A stretch of DNA of 64,000 nt. Source: Prorocentrum cordatum (Eukaryota). Below the pieces are notes generated by a model that saw nothing but the letters and a program-made list of their open reading frames with translations, searched no databases and was not told where the DNA came from. The translations under genes and the position numbers were made by a program. This document shows, one piece after another, positions 24,311 to 36,200 of the stretch (its first letter is position 1; every line of letters starts with the position of its first letter). Location of the stretch: NCBI GenBank assembly GCA_963575745.1, contig CAUYUJ010000331.1:1-64000 (forward strand), written 5' to 3'.

Positions 24311-25771
24311 TTTTTTTACGGTTTGCGGTCCGCCACTAGAACCCGAATCCGAATCGGCGGAGCAGTGCAACTGAGCCCCCACCATCTTAGGTAGGTCGCA
24401 GCAGAGCGCACGCCACCTTAGCAGCAGCTCTCGTCAGGGCAGCGCAGGCAGCTAGTTCACAGCAGGTTACCGTGCTACCTGGAGGCAAGCTCATCGCCTC
24501 CTCGGCCACATCGCGCCAATGGAAGCTGCGCGAGCTGGTGCAGGAGGAAGAGGAGGAGGAGGAGGAGGAGATGGGAAAATCAACCTGCACGCTGGAACCC
24601 TACCTACAACGCCAATCTGAAGCCACCACCCACCTCCACATCCTTCATTACTGACACCCCCATCGAATGCACCACGGAGAGCAGTCTTACGAGTACTGAG
24701 GAACTGATCATATGCAAACCAGCGAGTAATAGTTTGGCCACCTCTGGCCTCCCACGACAATCTATCCGCACGTTCATTACCCTCACGAAAGAAATGCTTA
24801 TACAGATTCTGTCCCGATGCAGGCGAGGTCGGTCCGCATCCAGACAACATCGACACCGTATTTTGTAGTGTTCCCACCAGTCGTAAATACTGCTTGTTGC
24901 GAATCTGCCACCCACCACACATCCAGTTAACAACCGTCTTACTATCTCCCAAAATCTCCATCCCAAGACGCCCAATATTCTCACACCTCCACTCCGTTTC
25001 ATTCTCATACTTAGCGGCAATACGGTTGCTAATCCTCTCATTCATCTCTCTCTCCTCCTCCTCCTCCTCCGCCTTCACGTGCCTCACACCAGTGGCCTGG
25101 GTAAAACAAACAAGTCGAACAAGTGTTGCATGCCAATCACAGTCAGCAAATGTTTGCAATATTTCTCTCGGGACCCAGCGGAGCTGTCGAACGAGAGGTA
25201 CCACTCACAACCAAAGAGATCGCACAAACACCAGTCCCACACAGTATGTCCACGGGCAGGTGCGCCCATGCTCATGCGCGTGAGATGCTTCCTATCTTTT
25301 GCAGGCAACGCTAGAATACATGTGTCCCGATGTTCCGTCCACTTCCCCCTTTCCATGTAGCATGGCCAGCCTAGATATCATCCATTCACGTGACATATCC
25401 GACTCCTCAGGCATGGCAGGCTGATCGTCCGTTGTCCGCCGACGACAGCCACTCGACATCTGGGAGATCTGAGATACATGAGATGCATGAGAGGCCGCCG
25501 CCACCGCCATCGCCCGAGTTTTCCTCTGACGCCGATTTGGTACCGTCTCTCCCTCCTCCTCCACTGTGTGTGTTGTGTATCTCCTCATACGAATACTTGC
25601 AGCAACTGGGACATCCTTAGCCCAACCCCAACAACGAAATATCCACATCTGCACCGCACTTCGGAATCCAAGGTCAACGAAACTCTGTCGTCCAGCTTTG
25701 TATCGCCTACGTTGAAACTCAGACCAGCCTTCAGTTCTCCGCTTGCGTAGACCTGACATTAACGCCAGGCA
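24311..25771 (-). mobile_element. LINE family A, copy A1, 5'-truncated (3' 1.46 kb)
   Basis: Near-identical to the 3' end of A2. A-tail present. 12-bp TSD TCGACCTCGGTT at 24299-24310 and 25772-25783. Frameshifted. Confidence 0.95.
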
Positions 25772-26996
25772 TCGACCTCGGTTACCGCCGGGAACTCGTA
25801 GAGCTTCCTTGCGTTATACATGAATGAGATGCGGGCGCGGCAATCTCGCCTTCCGCGCGCGCGAGGGCGCAGTTTCATGAGGAGGACGCGAAGGAGAAGA
25901 AGAAGTGAGAAGGAGAAGGAGACGGAAGAGGATAACGAGGAGGGGCATGTGGAGGAGAAGGAGGAGGAGAAAAAAAACAAAAACAACAAAAAAATGAGGA
26001 GGAGCAGCCTATGAATTTAGTACAGGATAAACATGTGTGTATATATATATATATATACATTCTTACAAAATATTGCAGAGTGCTCAATTGTAGCTCTGGT
26101 GGCAGACCAATCTCAGACGTCTCGATACTAGAGCGGTGTCCTTTCCAGCTCCCTGGCTTGCCTATAAATTGAATGCAGAAATCCAACGCCGTCGAGTACA
26201 ATTGTTTTTTGGTTCCAGCTCTGGTAGCAGACCGAGTTCGGGCATCCAGATACTTGATACTAGCGTTCCTGATGATGTTATTCCGATTGCTGTGCCAAAA
26301 TCAGCGGAGTACGGATAGTTGTTCGGTTCCAACTCTGGTAGCAAACCGAGTTCGGGCATCCAGATACTTGAGACTAGCGCCCCTGATGGTTCCCTTTCGG
26401 TTGCTGCGCCGAACAGCTCTGTAGCTCATCTGCAGCTCGACTTACATCGAGAAGCTCATCGTCATCTCTCTTTTTTAAGCAGTGCACGAATAGTTTTGTC
26501 GGGCCCAGCTCGGGTAGCAGACCGAGTTCGGACATCTAGATACTTGAGACTAGCGCCCCCGATGATGTTCTTGCGATTGCTGCGCCGAACAGCTCTGCAG
26601 CTCATCTGCAGCTCGAGTCACATCAAGAAACTCATCATCATCTCTAGAATATAAGCAGAGTGCGAATAGTTTTTCGGGCCCAGCCCCGGGTAGCAGACCG
26701 AGTTCGGGCATCTAGATACTTGAGACTAGCGCTCCTGATGGTTTCCTTTCGATTGCTGTGCCGAAGAGCTCTGTAGCTCATCTGCAGCTCGGGTTACATC
26801 AAGAAAGCCACCATCATCTCTGAAAAATAATGGAGTACGAATAGTTCTTCGGACCCAGCTCGGGTAGCAGACCGAGTTCGGGCATCTAGACTTGAGATTA
26901 GCGCTCCTGATGGTGTTCTTCCGATTGCTGTGCCGAACAGCTCTGTAGCTCATCTGCAGCTCGTGTTACATCAAGACAGTCATCATCACCTCTGAG

Positions 26997-27036
<40 letters not shown>

Positions 27037-29170
27037 CTCTTACAAGATATTGCAGGGTGCCCAGTTTTAGCTCTGGTGGCGGACCACTCTCAGACTTCTC
27101 GATACTATGGGCGACGGTCTGATGATTCCCTGTTGAGCGGTGTCCTCTCCAGCTCCCTAGCTTGCCTATACATTGAATGCAGAAATCCAACGCCGTCGAG
27201 TACAATTGTTTCTGGTTCCAGCTCTGGTAGCAGACCGAGTTCGGGCATCTAGATACTTGATACTAGCGCTCCTGATGATGTTATTCCGATTGCTGTGCCA
27301 AAATCAGCGGAGTACGGATAGTTGTTCGGTTCCATCTCTGGTAGCAAACCGAGTTCGGGCATCTAGACACTTGAGACTAGCGCCCCTGATGGTTTCCTTT
27401 CGGTTGCTGCGCCGAACAGCTGTGCAGCTCATCTGCAGCTCGAGTTACATTGAGGAACTCATCGTCATCTCCAGAAAAAAGCAGAGCACGAATAGTTTTG
27501 TCGGACCCAGCTCGGGTAGCAAACCGATTTCGGGCATCTAGATACTTGAGACTAACGCTTCTGATGATCCCCTTCCGGTTGCTGTGCCGAACAGCTCTGT
27601 AGCTCATCTGCAGCTCGAGTTGAGTTCAGAAAACCGACAGCACCTGCCAAGTTGGCACTAAACAGCCGATCCAGCCTGAGTGCTTTTTGACAGTAATATG
27701 TACCCGATCGACCTGAGATTAAGATGGCGAGCGGAAATAAGATCGAAAATGTGTGGGAAATCTCAATCTCACTCTAAGGACCTTTCAAATTTCGAGATTC
27801 GCCGCTTTGCTCTTAGGGAAACTCCACGAGTCATTTCGAGAAAAATATTTTTTAATAGGCCAAAAAACCAAACATCCGTCGATATGTTTCGGGCCAACTG
27901 GGCGCCCGCGGCAAACCGTCAACCTTGGCTACCGCCGGGAACTCGTAGAGCTTCCTTGCGACATACACGAATGGGATGCGCGCGCGGCAATCTCGCTTTC
28001 CGCGCACGCGAGGGCGCGGTTTCACGAGGAGGGCGCGGAGGAGAAGAGGAGCGAGGCGAAGAAAGAGAAGGAGGAGGATAACGAGGAGGGGTAGGAGGAG
28101 GGGGAGGAGGAGGTGAAAGAAAGGAAGAGGGGAAGGAGGAAGAGGAGAGGCAGCCTATGAATTTAACACAGGAAACATACATATATCTCTTACCAAATGT
28201 TGCACAGTGCTCAATTGTAGCTCTGACTAATCTCAGACGTCTCGATACTGTAGGCGACGGTCTGATGATTCGAAAATTTGTCCAGTCGCAGCTGCGCTTG
28301 CAGGCCAAATTCAGACGTCTCGATTCAGCAGAATACGATTGGCTGTTGGGTTCCACCTCTGATAGCAGACCGAGTTCGGGCAGGTTGTCTCCCGATTGCT
28401 GTGCAAAACAGCTCTGTAGCTCGTCTGCACCTCGAGCTACATCTAGAAAGGCGTCATCATCTCAGAAAAAAACAGCAGGGTACAAATAGTTCTTTGGTTC
28501 CAACTCTGGTAGCAGACCGAGTTCGGGCATCTAGATACTTGAGACTTGCGCTCCTAATGTTTTCGCATTGCTGTGCCAAGCAGCTATGTAGCTCATCTGC
28601 AGCTCGAGGCACACCAAGATAGTCACCATCATCCCTGAAAAAATAAAGAGCACAAATAGTTTTTCGGACCCAGTTCGGGTAGCAGACCGTGTTCGGGCAT
28701 CTAGATACTTGAGACTAACGCTGCTGCTGGTTTTCTTTCGATCGCTGTGCCAACCAGCTCTAAAGCTCATCTGCAGCTCGAGTTAAAAAACACCGCAGAG
28801 TACGAACAGCGTTTCGGACCCAGCTCTGGTAGCAGACCGAATTCGGGCATCTAGATACTTGAAACTAGCACTTATGATCATTACCTTTCGATTGCTGTGC
28901 CAAACAGCTCTGTAGCTCATCTGCAGCTCGAATTAAGTTAAGAAAACCGAAGGCGTCTGCCGCTATGACACTGAACAGCCGATCCCGCCCACATGCTTTT
29001 TGACAGTAATATGTACCGATCGACCTGAGATTGAGATTCCGAGCGGGAATGAGATCGAATATGCTGCGAAAAAAAAAGAACTCTATCGACATATCGAAAT
29101 TCAAAAAAAAAAAAATGATTCTAAATAAATCGAAAAAATGACAAAACTTCCGTCGATATTTTTCGGGCCA
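25772..29170 (-). repeat. Two tandem composite H units (hairpin end, purine-rich spacer, ~175-bp satellite, conserved block); putative non-autonomous Helitron-like elements
   Basis: Same architecture at 25772-27897 and 27898-29170. An empty hairpin target sits at ~27898-27960. Confidence 0.75.
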
Positions 29171-29880
29171 ACTAGCCCCCAAGCGCGCCGGAATTACTCT
29201 CTAGCTTCGCGGCTTCGCTCTTGGGGAAGCTCTACGAGTCACTAGCCCCCCAGCGCGCCGGAATTACACTCTAGCTTCGCCACCTCGCTCCTAGGGAAGC
29301 CTTACGAGTCACTAGCTCCACTCCGCGCCGGAATTCCTCTAGCTCGTCGATGCCGAAGAGCATTGCAAGGTACTTCCGTCGAGATTTTTCGGGCCAACTA
29401 GACCCCCAGCGCGCCGGAATTACTCTCTAGCGCCGCTTCGCTCTCAGGGAAGCTCTGCGAGTCACAAGGGCGCTTCAGCCCCGTAGCCAGCCTACATCTT
29501 GAATACAGTGGAACAAAATAGAGACAAGGACACCTGATCATTTTCTTCTGAGCTCTGTACCAAGCAGCTCAGTAGCTCACCTGCAGATCAATTCACGTTA
29601 AGAAAACCATCATCATCTTTAAGAAAATATCAGAGTCCGAATAGTGACTCCGAGTGCTTCCCGCAGAGCGAAGCGGCGAAGCCAGAGAGGAATACCTCGA
29701 AGAGCTCTTCGGCATCGATGAGCTATCGGAATTCCGGCGCGGGGCGCAGCTAGTACCTCGTAGAGCTCTTCGGCGTCGATGAGCTAGAGGAAATCCAGCG
29801 CGGGGTGCAGCAAGTACCTCGTAGAGCTCTGCGGTATCAACGAGCTAGGAGAATTCCGGCGTAGGGTGCAGCTCTAAGGT
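29171..29880. repeat. Cluster of short CTAG-ended hairpin modules in two opposing orientations
   Basis: ACTAGCCCCCCAGCGCGCCGGAATT-like x4 (29171-29425) and inverted AATTCCGGCGCGGGG.GCAGCTAGT-like x3 (29730-29875). Also at ~40523, 40584 and 42118. Confidence 0.8.
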
Positions 29881-29889
29881 CGCTTGAAC

Positions 29890-31177
29890 TCTAATATATG
29901 TTCCCTCCATCTTCGATCATATTCCCGCTCGCCATCTAAATCTCAGGTCGGTCGGTACATATTACTGTCAAAAAATACTCCGGCGGGATGGGCTGTTTAG
30001 TGTCATCTTGGTAGGTGCTGTCTGTTTTTTGAACTTAACTCGAGCTGTAGATGAGCTACAGAGCTGTTCGGCACAGCAACCGAAAGGAAATCATCAGAAG
30101 CGCTAGTCTCAAGTATCTAGATGCCCGAACTCGGTCTGCTACCAGAGCTGGGTCCGAAAAAATATTCGCACTCTGCTGATGTGGTAAGAGATGATGATGA
30201 GCTTCTTGATGTAACTCGAGCTGTAGATGAGCTACAGAGCTGTTTGGCATAGCAGTCAAAAGAAACCCATCAGAAGCGCTAGTCTCAAGCATCTAGATGC
30301 CCGAACTCGGTATGCGGCCAGAGTTGGAACCAAAACACTATTCGTACTCTGCTGCTTTTTTTCTGAGATGATGACACCTTTCTTGATGTAATTCGAGCTA
30401 CACATGAGCTACAGAACTGCTTAGCACCGCAGTCGGAAGAGCATCATCTGGAGCACTAGTCTCAAGTATCTAAATGCCCGAACTCGGTCTGCCACCAGAG
30501 ATGTAACAAAAAAACAAATCGTATTCTGCAATGTTAGGAGAACATGATCGTTCTGTACTTTATTTGAGCTGTAGGCTGGCTAAGAAGCGGAGACACTTCC
30601 CGAAGCAGAAGGTCATCACGTACATTCGCCAACCACATCGGAACGTCGAAATTCGGTCTGCAAGCGCAGCTACGACTGGACAATTTTCTCGCATTGCAAA
30701 TATTGCACCAGCAATGATGTGCGTTTCCCGATTGAGATTCGAGCTCTACGCGCCACGGAGCTGAGACGCACGCCAATCGACAGAGTCTAGACGCCTAAGA
30801 TCGGCTTGCCAGACCGTCACCTATAGCATCGAGACGTCTGAGGTCGGTCTGCCACCAGAGCTACAATTGAGCACTCTGCAATATTTGGTAAGAGATAATG
30901 TATACATACATATATATATCCTGTACTCAATTCATAGACTGCTCCTCCTCCTCCTCTTTCCCTCTTTCTTTCTTCTGGTCCTCCTTCTCCTCCTTCCACC
31001 CCTCCTCGTTATCCCCCTCCTTCTCCCCCTGCTCCTCGCTCCTTCTACTCGTCCACGTCTCCCTCCTGAAACCGCGCCCTCGCGCGCGCGGAATGCGACA
31101 TTGTCGCGCCCGCATCCCGCTCATGTATATCGCAAAGAAGCTCTACGAGTTCCCGGCGCCCCGGCGGCAACCAAGGT
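29890..31177 (+). repeat. Inverted composite H unit, ending at the LINE cut site
   Basis: Reverse-complement satellite and conserved block. Terminates at ...CCGGCGGCAACCAAGGT (31177). Confidence 0.85.
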
Positions 31178-31326
31178 AAATGTTTCGATCGTAAAACTTC
31201 ACCTAAAAAGCTGCCCCGCTCTCAGAATGAAGCTCATATTCTGTTAGAGGGAACGAAAATCTGCTTTCTCAGAATGAACGGCCAAGTATATTCTAAACTC
31301 GGAGCCGGCATAAATCGTCAACCAAG

Positions 31327-33105
31327 TTTTTGTTTCCGGTTTGCGGTCTCGCGGCCAGGCCCTCATGGGGCAGCGAGCGGGCTCGCAATAAGCCAGGAAA
31401 ACAGCGACACAGCCGAGCCAAGATGGCCGAGGCATGCGCATCAAGGGCCTGCCGAGCCAGTAGGCGTAGGCAGTCACCAGAAGGCAAACCAGAGATGAGA
31501 ATCGCAACGGCAAAACCGCCGCGGACTCGACTCCAGACATCCCGCCTGCGTGGTCCCACTAGCAGGACCCCCGTCACGCAGTCACGCAACGCCAAGCACT
31601 CCAAACGAGGCCGAAGAGATAAAATAAGACCAAGAATACCGGAAAAGCCAAGCCAGGGAAGAGAAATGCCAGGCCCCGTAGGCTTAGGCATAGCGAGTAC
31701 AAGACAAGGACGAGGACAAGGACCTTTGAGGCATACAAGTGACCTTCTTTGAGGCATCCAATAACAGATAAAATATAGCAAATACAACCGATCAAACTAT
31801 ATGCACGCATGTACAAACATACAGACTCAAACGAACAACCAAGAAGGAACAGAAGTAACCTCGCGACACCGCAACAAATGAAGCGAAGTGCACACGTGAG
31901 AGAACTCAAGATCAGAAACGCCTCCGTCGAATAACCCAAGGGTCGCGATGAGCGCTTCACATGGATAATCACAAACTTGCATGAATTGAGAAGAGCACAG
32001 TACGGCATGAGGCCACTCCGTCAATTCCAACGGGAGCCCCCAACACCAGCTCCACGTCTCACTGCATTTCGAATTGAATGTCTCCTAATCATCATCGAAA
32101 ACTTGAATAAGGATCAGAAGTAACCTCGCGTCACCGCTACAATTCAAGCGAAATGCACACGTAAGAGAACACGAGATCAGAAACGCCTCCGTCGAATAAC
32201 CGACGGATCGCGATGAGTGTTTCACCTGGATAATATCAAAGCTGCATGAATTGAGAAGAGCACAACACAGCATGAGGCTACTCCGCCGATTCCAACGGGG
32301 GGGCACAACACCAGCACTACGTCCCATTGCATTGAACTTCAAATTGAATGTCTCATTGTCACCATGAGGATGTACCTGGACAGTCACAAACTTGCCCTCT
32401 GCAGGATAAGAGTGCACGGTATGGGGAGCACAGACAAGCGCCCCTGGGGAACCAATGTTTGATGTCCAGGGTCTTCACATTCAAAGACGGATCCTTCGCA
32501 CCTTGAGAGCTCCCGCGCTCGAGCCAGCATCAACTTGTCCAGATCACGTATCGCATGGGAAGCTGAGGAAATTACAGGAAGGGAGGTTAACGCAAGAGGA
32601 ACAAGCTGCTGTCCGCACACGTGAGAGAACTCAAGATCGAAAACCCATTCGTCAAATAACCCACGGATCGCAATGAGTGCTTCACCTGGATAATTACAGA
32701 CTTGCATGAATTGAAAAGAATACAGCACAGCATCAGGCAGGCCACTCCGTCAATACCAACGGGGGGGCCCAACACCAGCTCCACGTCTCATTGCATGTTG
32801 AAACGAATGTCTCCTTACCAGCATCGAAAACTTGCATGAATTGATAAGAATAAGGATCGGAAGTAACCTCACGCCACCGCTACATTTGAAGCGAAATGCA
32901 CACGTCAGGACTCAAGATCAGAAACGCCTCCGTCGAATAACCCACGGATTGCGATGAATGTCTCACCTGGAAAATTTCAAAGCTACATAAATTGAGAAGA
33001 GTACAACACAGCATGAGGCCACTACGTCGAATCCAACGGGGGCCCACAACACCAGCTCTACGTATGATTGCATTTTGTATTGAACCATGAACGAAAACTT
33101 GCACG
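31327..33105 (-). mobile_element. Putative non-autonomous retroelement D with LINE-type tail; includes four ~265-bp degenerate repeats (31850-33105)
   Basis: Follows target left half GGAGCCGGCATAAATCGTCAACCAAG. Minus-strand tail GACCGCAAACCGGAAACAAAAA resembles those of A and B. The 5' limit is uncertain. Confidence 0.55.
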
Positions 33106-33215
33106 AACTGGGAGCCGGCGGTAAACCGTCAACCTTGGTTTGTTTTGCGGTTTGCGGTCCGCCACTAGAATCCGAATCCGAATCGGCGGAGCAGTGCAAC
33201 TGAGCCCCCACCATC

Positions 33216-36200
33216 TTAGGTAGGTCGCAGCAGAGCGCACGCCACCTTAGCAGCAGCTCTCGTCAGGGCAGCGCAGGCAGCTAGTTCACAGCAGGTTACC
33301 GTGCTACCTGGAGGCAAGCTCATCGCCTCCTCGGCCACATCGTGCCAATGGAAGCTGTGCGAGCTGGTGCAGGAGGAAGAGGAGGAGGAGGAGGAGGAGG
33401 AGATGGGAAAATCAACCTGCACGCTGGAACCCCTACCTACAACGCCAATCTGAAGCCACCACCCACCTCCACATCCTTCATTACTGACACCCCCATCGAA
33501 TGCACCACGGAGAGCAGTCTTACGAGTACTGAGGAACTGATCATATGCAAACCAGCGAGTAATAGTTTGGCCACCTCTGGCCTCCCACGACAATCTATCC
33601 GCACGTTCATTACCCTCACGAAAGAAATGCTTATACAGATTCTGTCCCGATGCAGGTGAGGTCAGTCCCCATCCAGACAGCATCGATACCGTATTTTGTA
33701 GTGTTCCCACCAGTCGTACATACTGCTTGTTGCGAATCTGCCACTCACCACACATCCAGTTAACAACCGTCTTACTATCTCCCAAGATCTCCATCCCAAG
33801 ACGCTCAATATTCTCACACCTCCACTCCGTTTCATTCTCATAATTAGCGGCAATACGTTTGCTAATCCTCTCATTCATCTCTCTCTCCTCCTCCTCCTCC
33901 GCCTTCACGTGCCTCACACCAGGTGGCCTGGGTAAAACAAACAAGTCGAACAAGTGTTGCATGCCAATCACAGTCAGCAAATGTTTGCAATATTTCTCTC
34001 GGGGCCCAGCGGAGCTGTCGAACGAGAGGTACCACTCACAACCAAAGAGATCGCACAAACACCAGTCCCACACAGTATGTCCACGGGCAGGTGCGCCCAT
34101 GCTCATGCGTGTGAGATGCTTCCTATCTTTTGCAGGCAACGCTAGAATACATGTGTCCCGATGTTCCGTCCACTTCCCCCTTCCATGTAGCATGGCCAGC
34201 CTAGATATCATCCATTCACGTGACATGTCCGACTCCTCAGGTATGGCAGGCTGATCATCCGTTGTCCGCCGACGACCGCCACTCGACATCTGGGAGATCT
34301 GAGATACATGAGATGCATGAGAGGCCGCCGCCACCGCCATCGCCCGAGTTTTCCTCTGACGCCGATTTGGTACCGTCTCTCCCTCCTCCTCCACTGTGTG
34401 TGTTGTGTATCTCCTCATACGAATACTTGCAGCAACTGAGACATCCTTGGCCCAATCCCAACAACGAAATATCCATATCTGCACCGCACTTCGGAATCCA
34501 AGCTCAACAAAACTCTGCCGTCCAACTTTGTATCGCCTACGTTGAAACTCAGACCAGCCTTCAGTTCTCCGCTTGCGTAGACCTGACATTAACGCCAGGC
34601 ATCTACCTTCAAAAGAGTGAACAGCAGCAATGGTGGAATAGTCGGGCGTTCTGCCCTCACAGTTGAATAATAATGCAGCAATCACTTTAGCTTGATAACG
34701 AGTAAATCTCTCAGCCAAATCAATCCCAGAGCAGCGATAATAAGCGATTTCCCCAAAGAACATCTTCTGGGCTTTCTGGAGCATGGCCTCTGAGTCCGAG
34801 TGGTCCTTCCAGGTCTCCTCCAGAGTGGCTCCCAGGATCTCAAACGACTGAACACGCGGCAGGACCACTTCTCGGGCCCCAAGAGCAGCGTCACTAGACG
34901 GCACCAGCACACGGATATCCTGCTCGGGGGACGGCGGGATGCCAGGCGGCGCACCAAAGTAAATATACATCAAGGATTTCGGCTTCCAGGTCATTCCTGC
35001 ATTCATCAGCGGGATACTCATGTCACGCACCATCAACTCGAGGTCAGTGCGGGTCTTCGCATACAACAGAAGATTATCTGCCCAGAAACTGTGGGTCATA
35101 CGCTCACCGTTGAACATGCGCTCATCATTTTCCAATTTGATACCGTACTGCGTATCCTGCCTCCACCTGTCGATCACATCTCTCCAGAGTACAATAGAAA
35201 CTGCTAGAAAAATCATCGGCCCCTCCACTCCTCCCGTTCGAATAGATTTGTCCCAATAGACCGCTGAAGATGCCTCGATGCCCTCGAAGCTGGCCACGCA
35301 CTGATTATCCATCATGGGTTCAATCAACGCCACAATGAGATCAGCTGGTATGTCAAGAGCACGAAGACAGCGCATGGCGAGGCACGGAGTGACATTATCG
35401 AATGCTTGTAAAATATCAAGGTTGGCAAGCCACAAACTGTCTCCTTTGCCCCAGACAGCGGAGTGCTGGCTGAGCCTTTTGGCAACGCTGGTGATTTCCG
35501 ATGTTTTACGTCCCGATCTGAATCCGTACAGGCATACATAGTGTCGGTGCTCCTCAATCCTCTTCTCAATCATCATCACAATACATGTCATGTACCATTT
35601 CATAAGACACGACTGTAGACATAGTACACGTGTATCTGTCAAATGTTGTATGTCAATTTCTTTAGGCATGAGTGTGGCAGCTAGTTGACGCCAACTGTCG
35701 GGGCAACATAACCTGCGGGAATACACACCTTGGAAGCTCACCAGCACACGTCGAACAGATGCCCACGAGAGCTGTTTCAACATCGTGACAGTCACGTTGT
35801 CGGGACCTGGGGCCTTTCCCGTGGACAGCTTCGCCCTCGCCCGCAGCAGGAGCGACATCGAGAACACCTCTGAGGATCCGCTTCCCGAACATAGACCACG
35901 CAGCGACTGTAGCTCACGAAGGGTCACCTCCCTGGCCTCGGGGTCCTCCACCTTAGACTTCATGTGCCCCAATATCTCGTCCCCCCACTCCTCGCGGTTC
36001 TGGGACTCCATCCCGTTGGCAAGGATCAACGTCTCCGTCTTGGCCCTCCTCCTCCTCCTCGTGTTCATTTCCGTCCTCCACCTCTGTACTCTTGCCTCCA
36101 GCCTCCTTCTTTCTCTCCTCACTATCTTTGAGCACCGTTTGGCCTCCTCTCTATCCCCGCGACGAAGTGCTTCGCGTTTACTTTCCTGGGCGGCCCAGTG

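Noticed and set aside
29481..29488. CCGTAGCC, the start of the dinoflagellate SL
   Set aside because: Only 8 nt, not followed by ATTTTGG and not at a junction.
23380..30500. Satellite monomers as a CRISPR or tRNA array
   Set aside because: The whole ~175-bp monomer repeats; there are no unique spacers and no cloverleaf.
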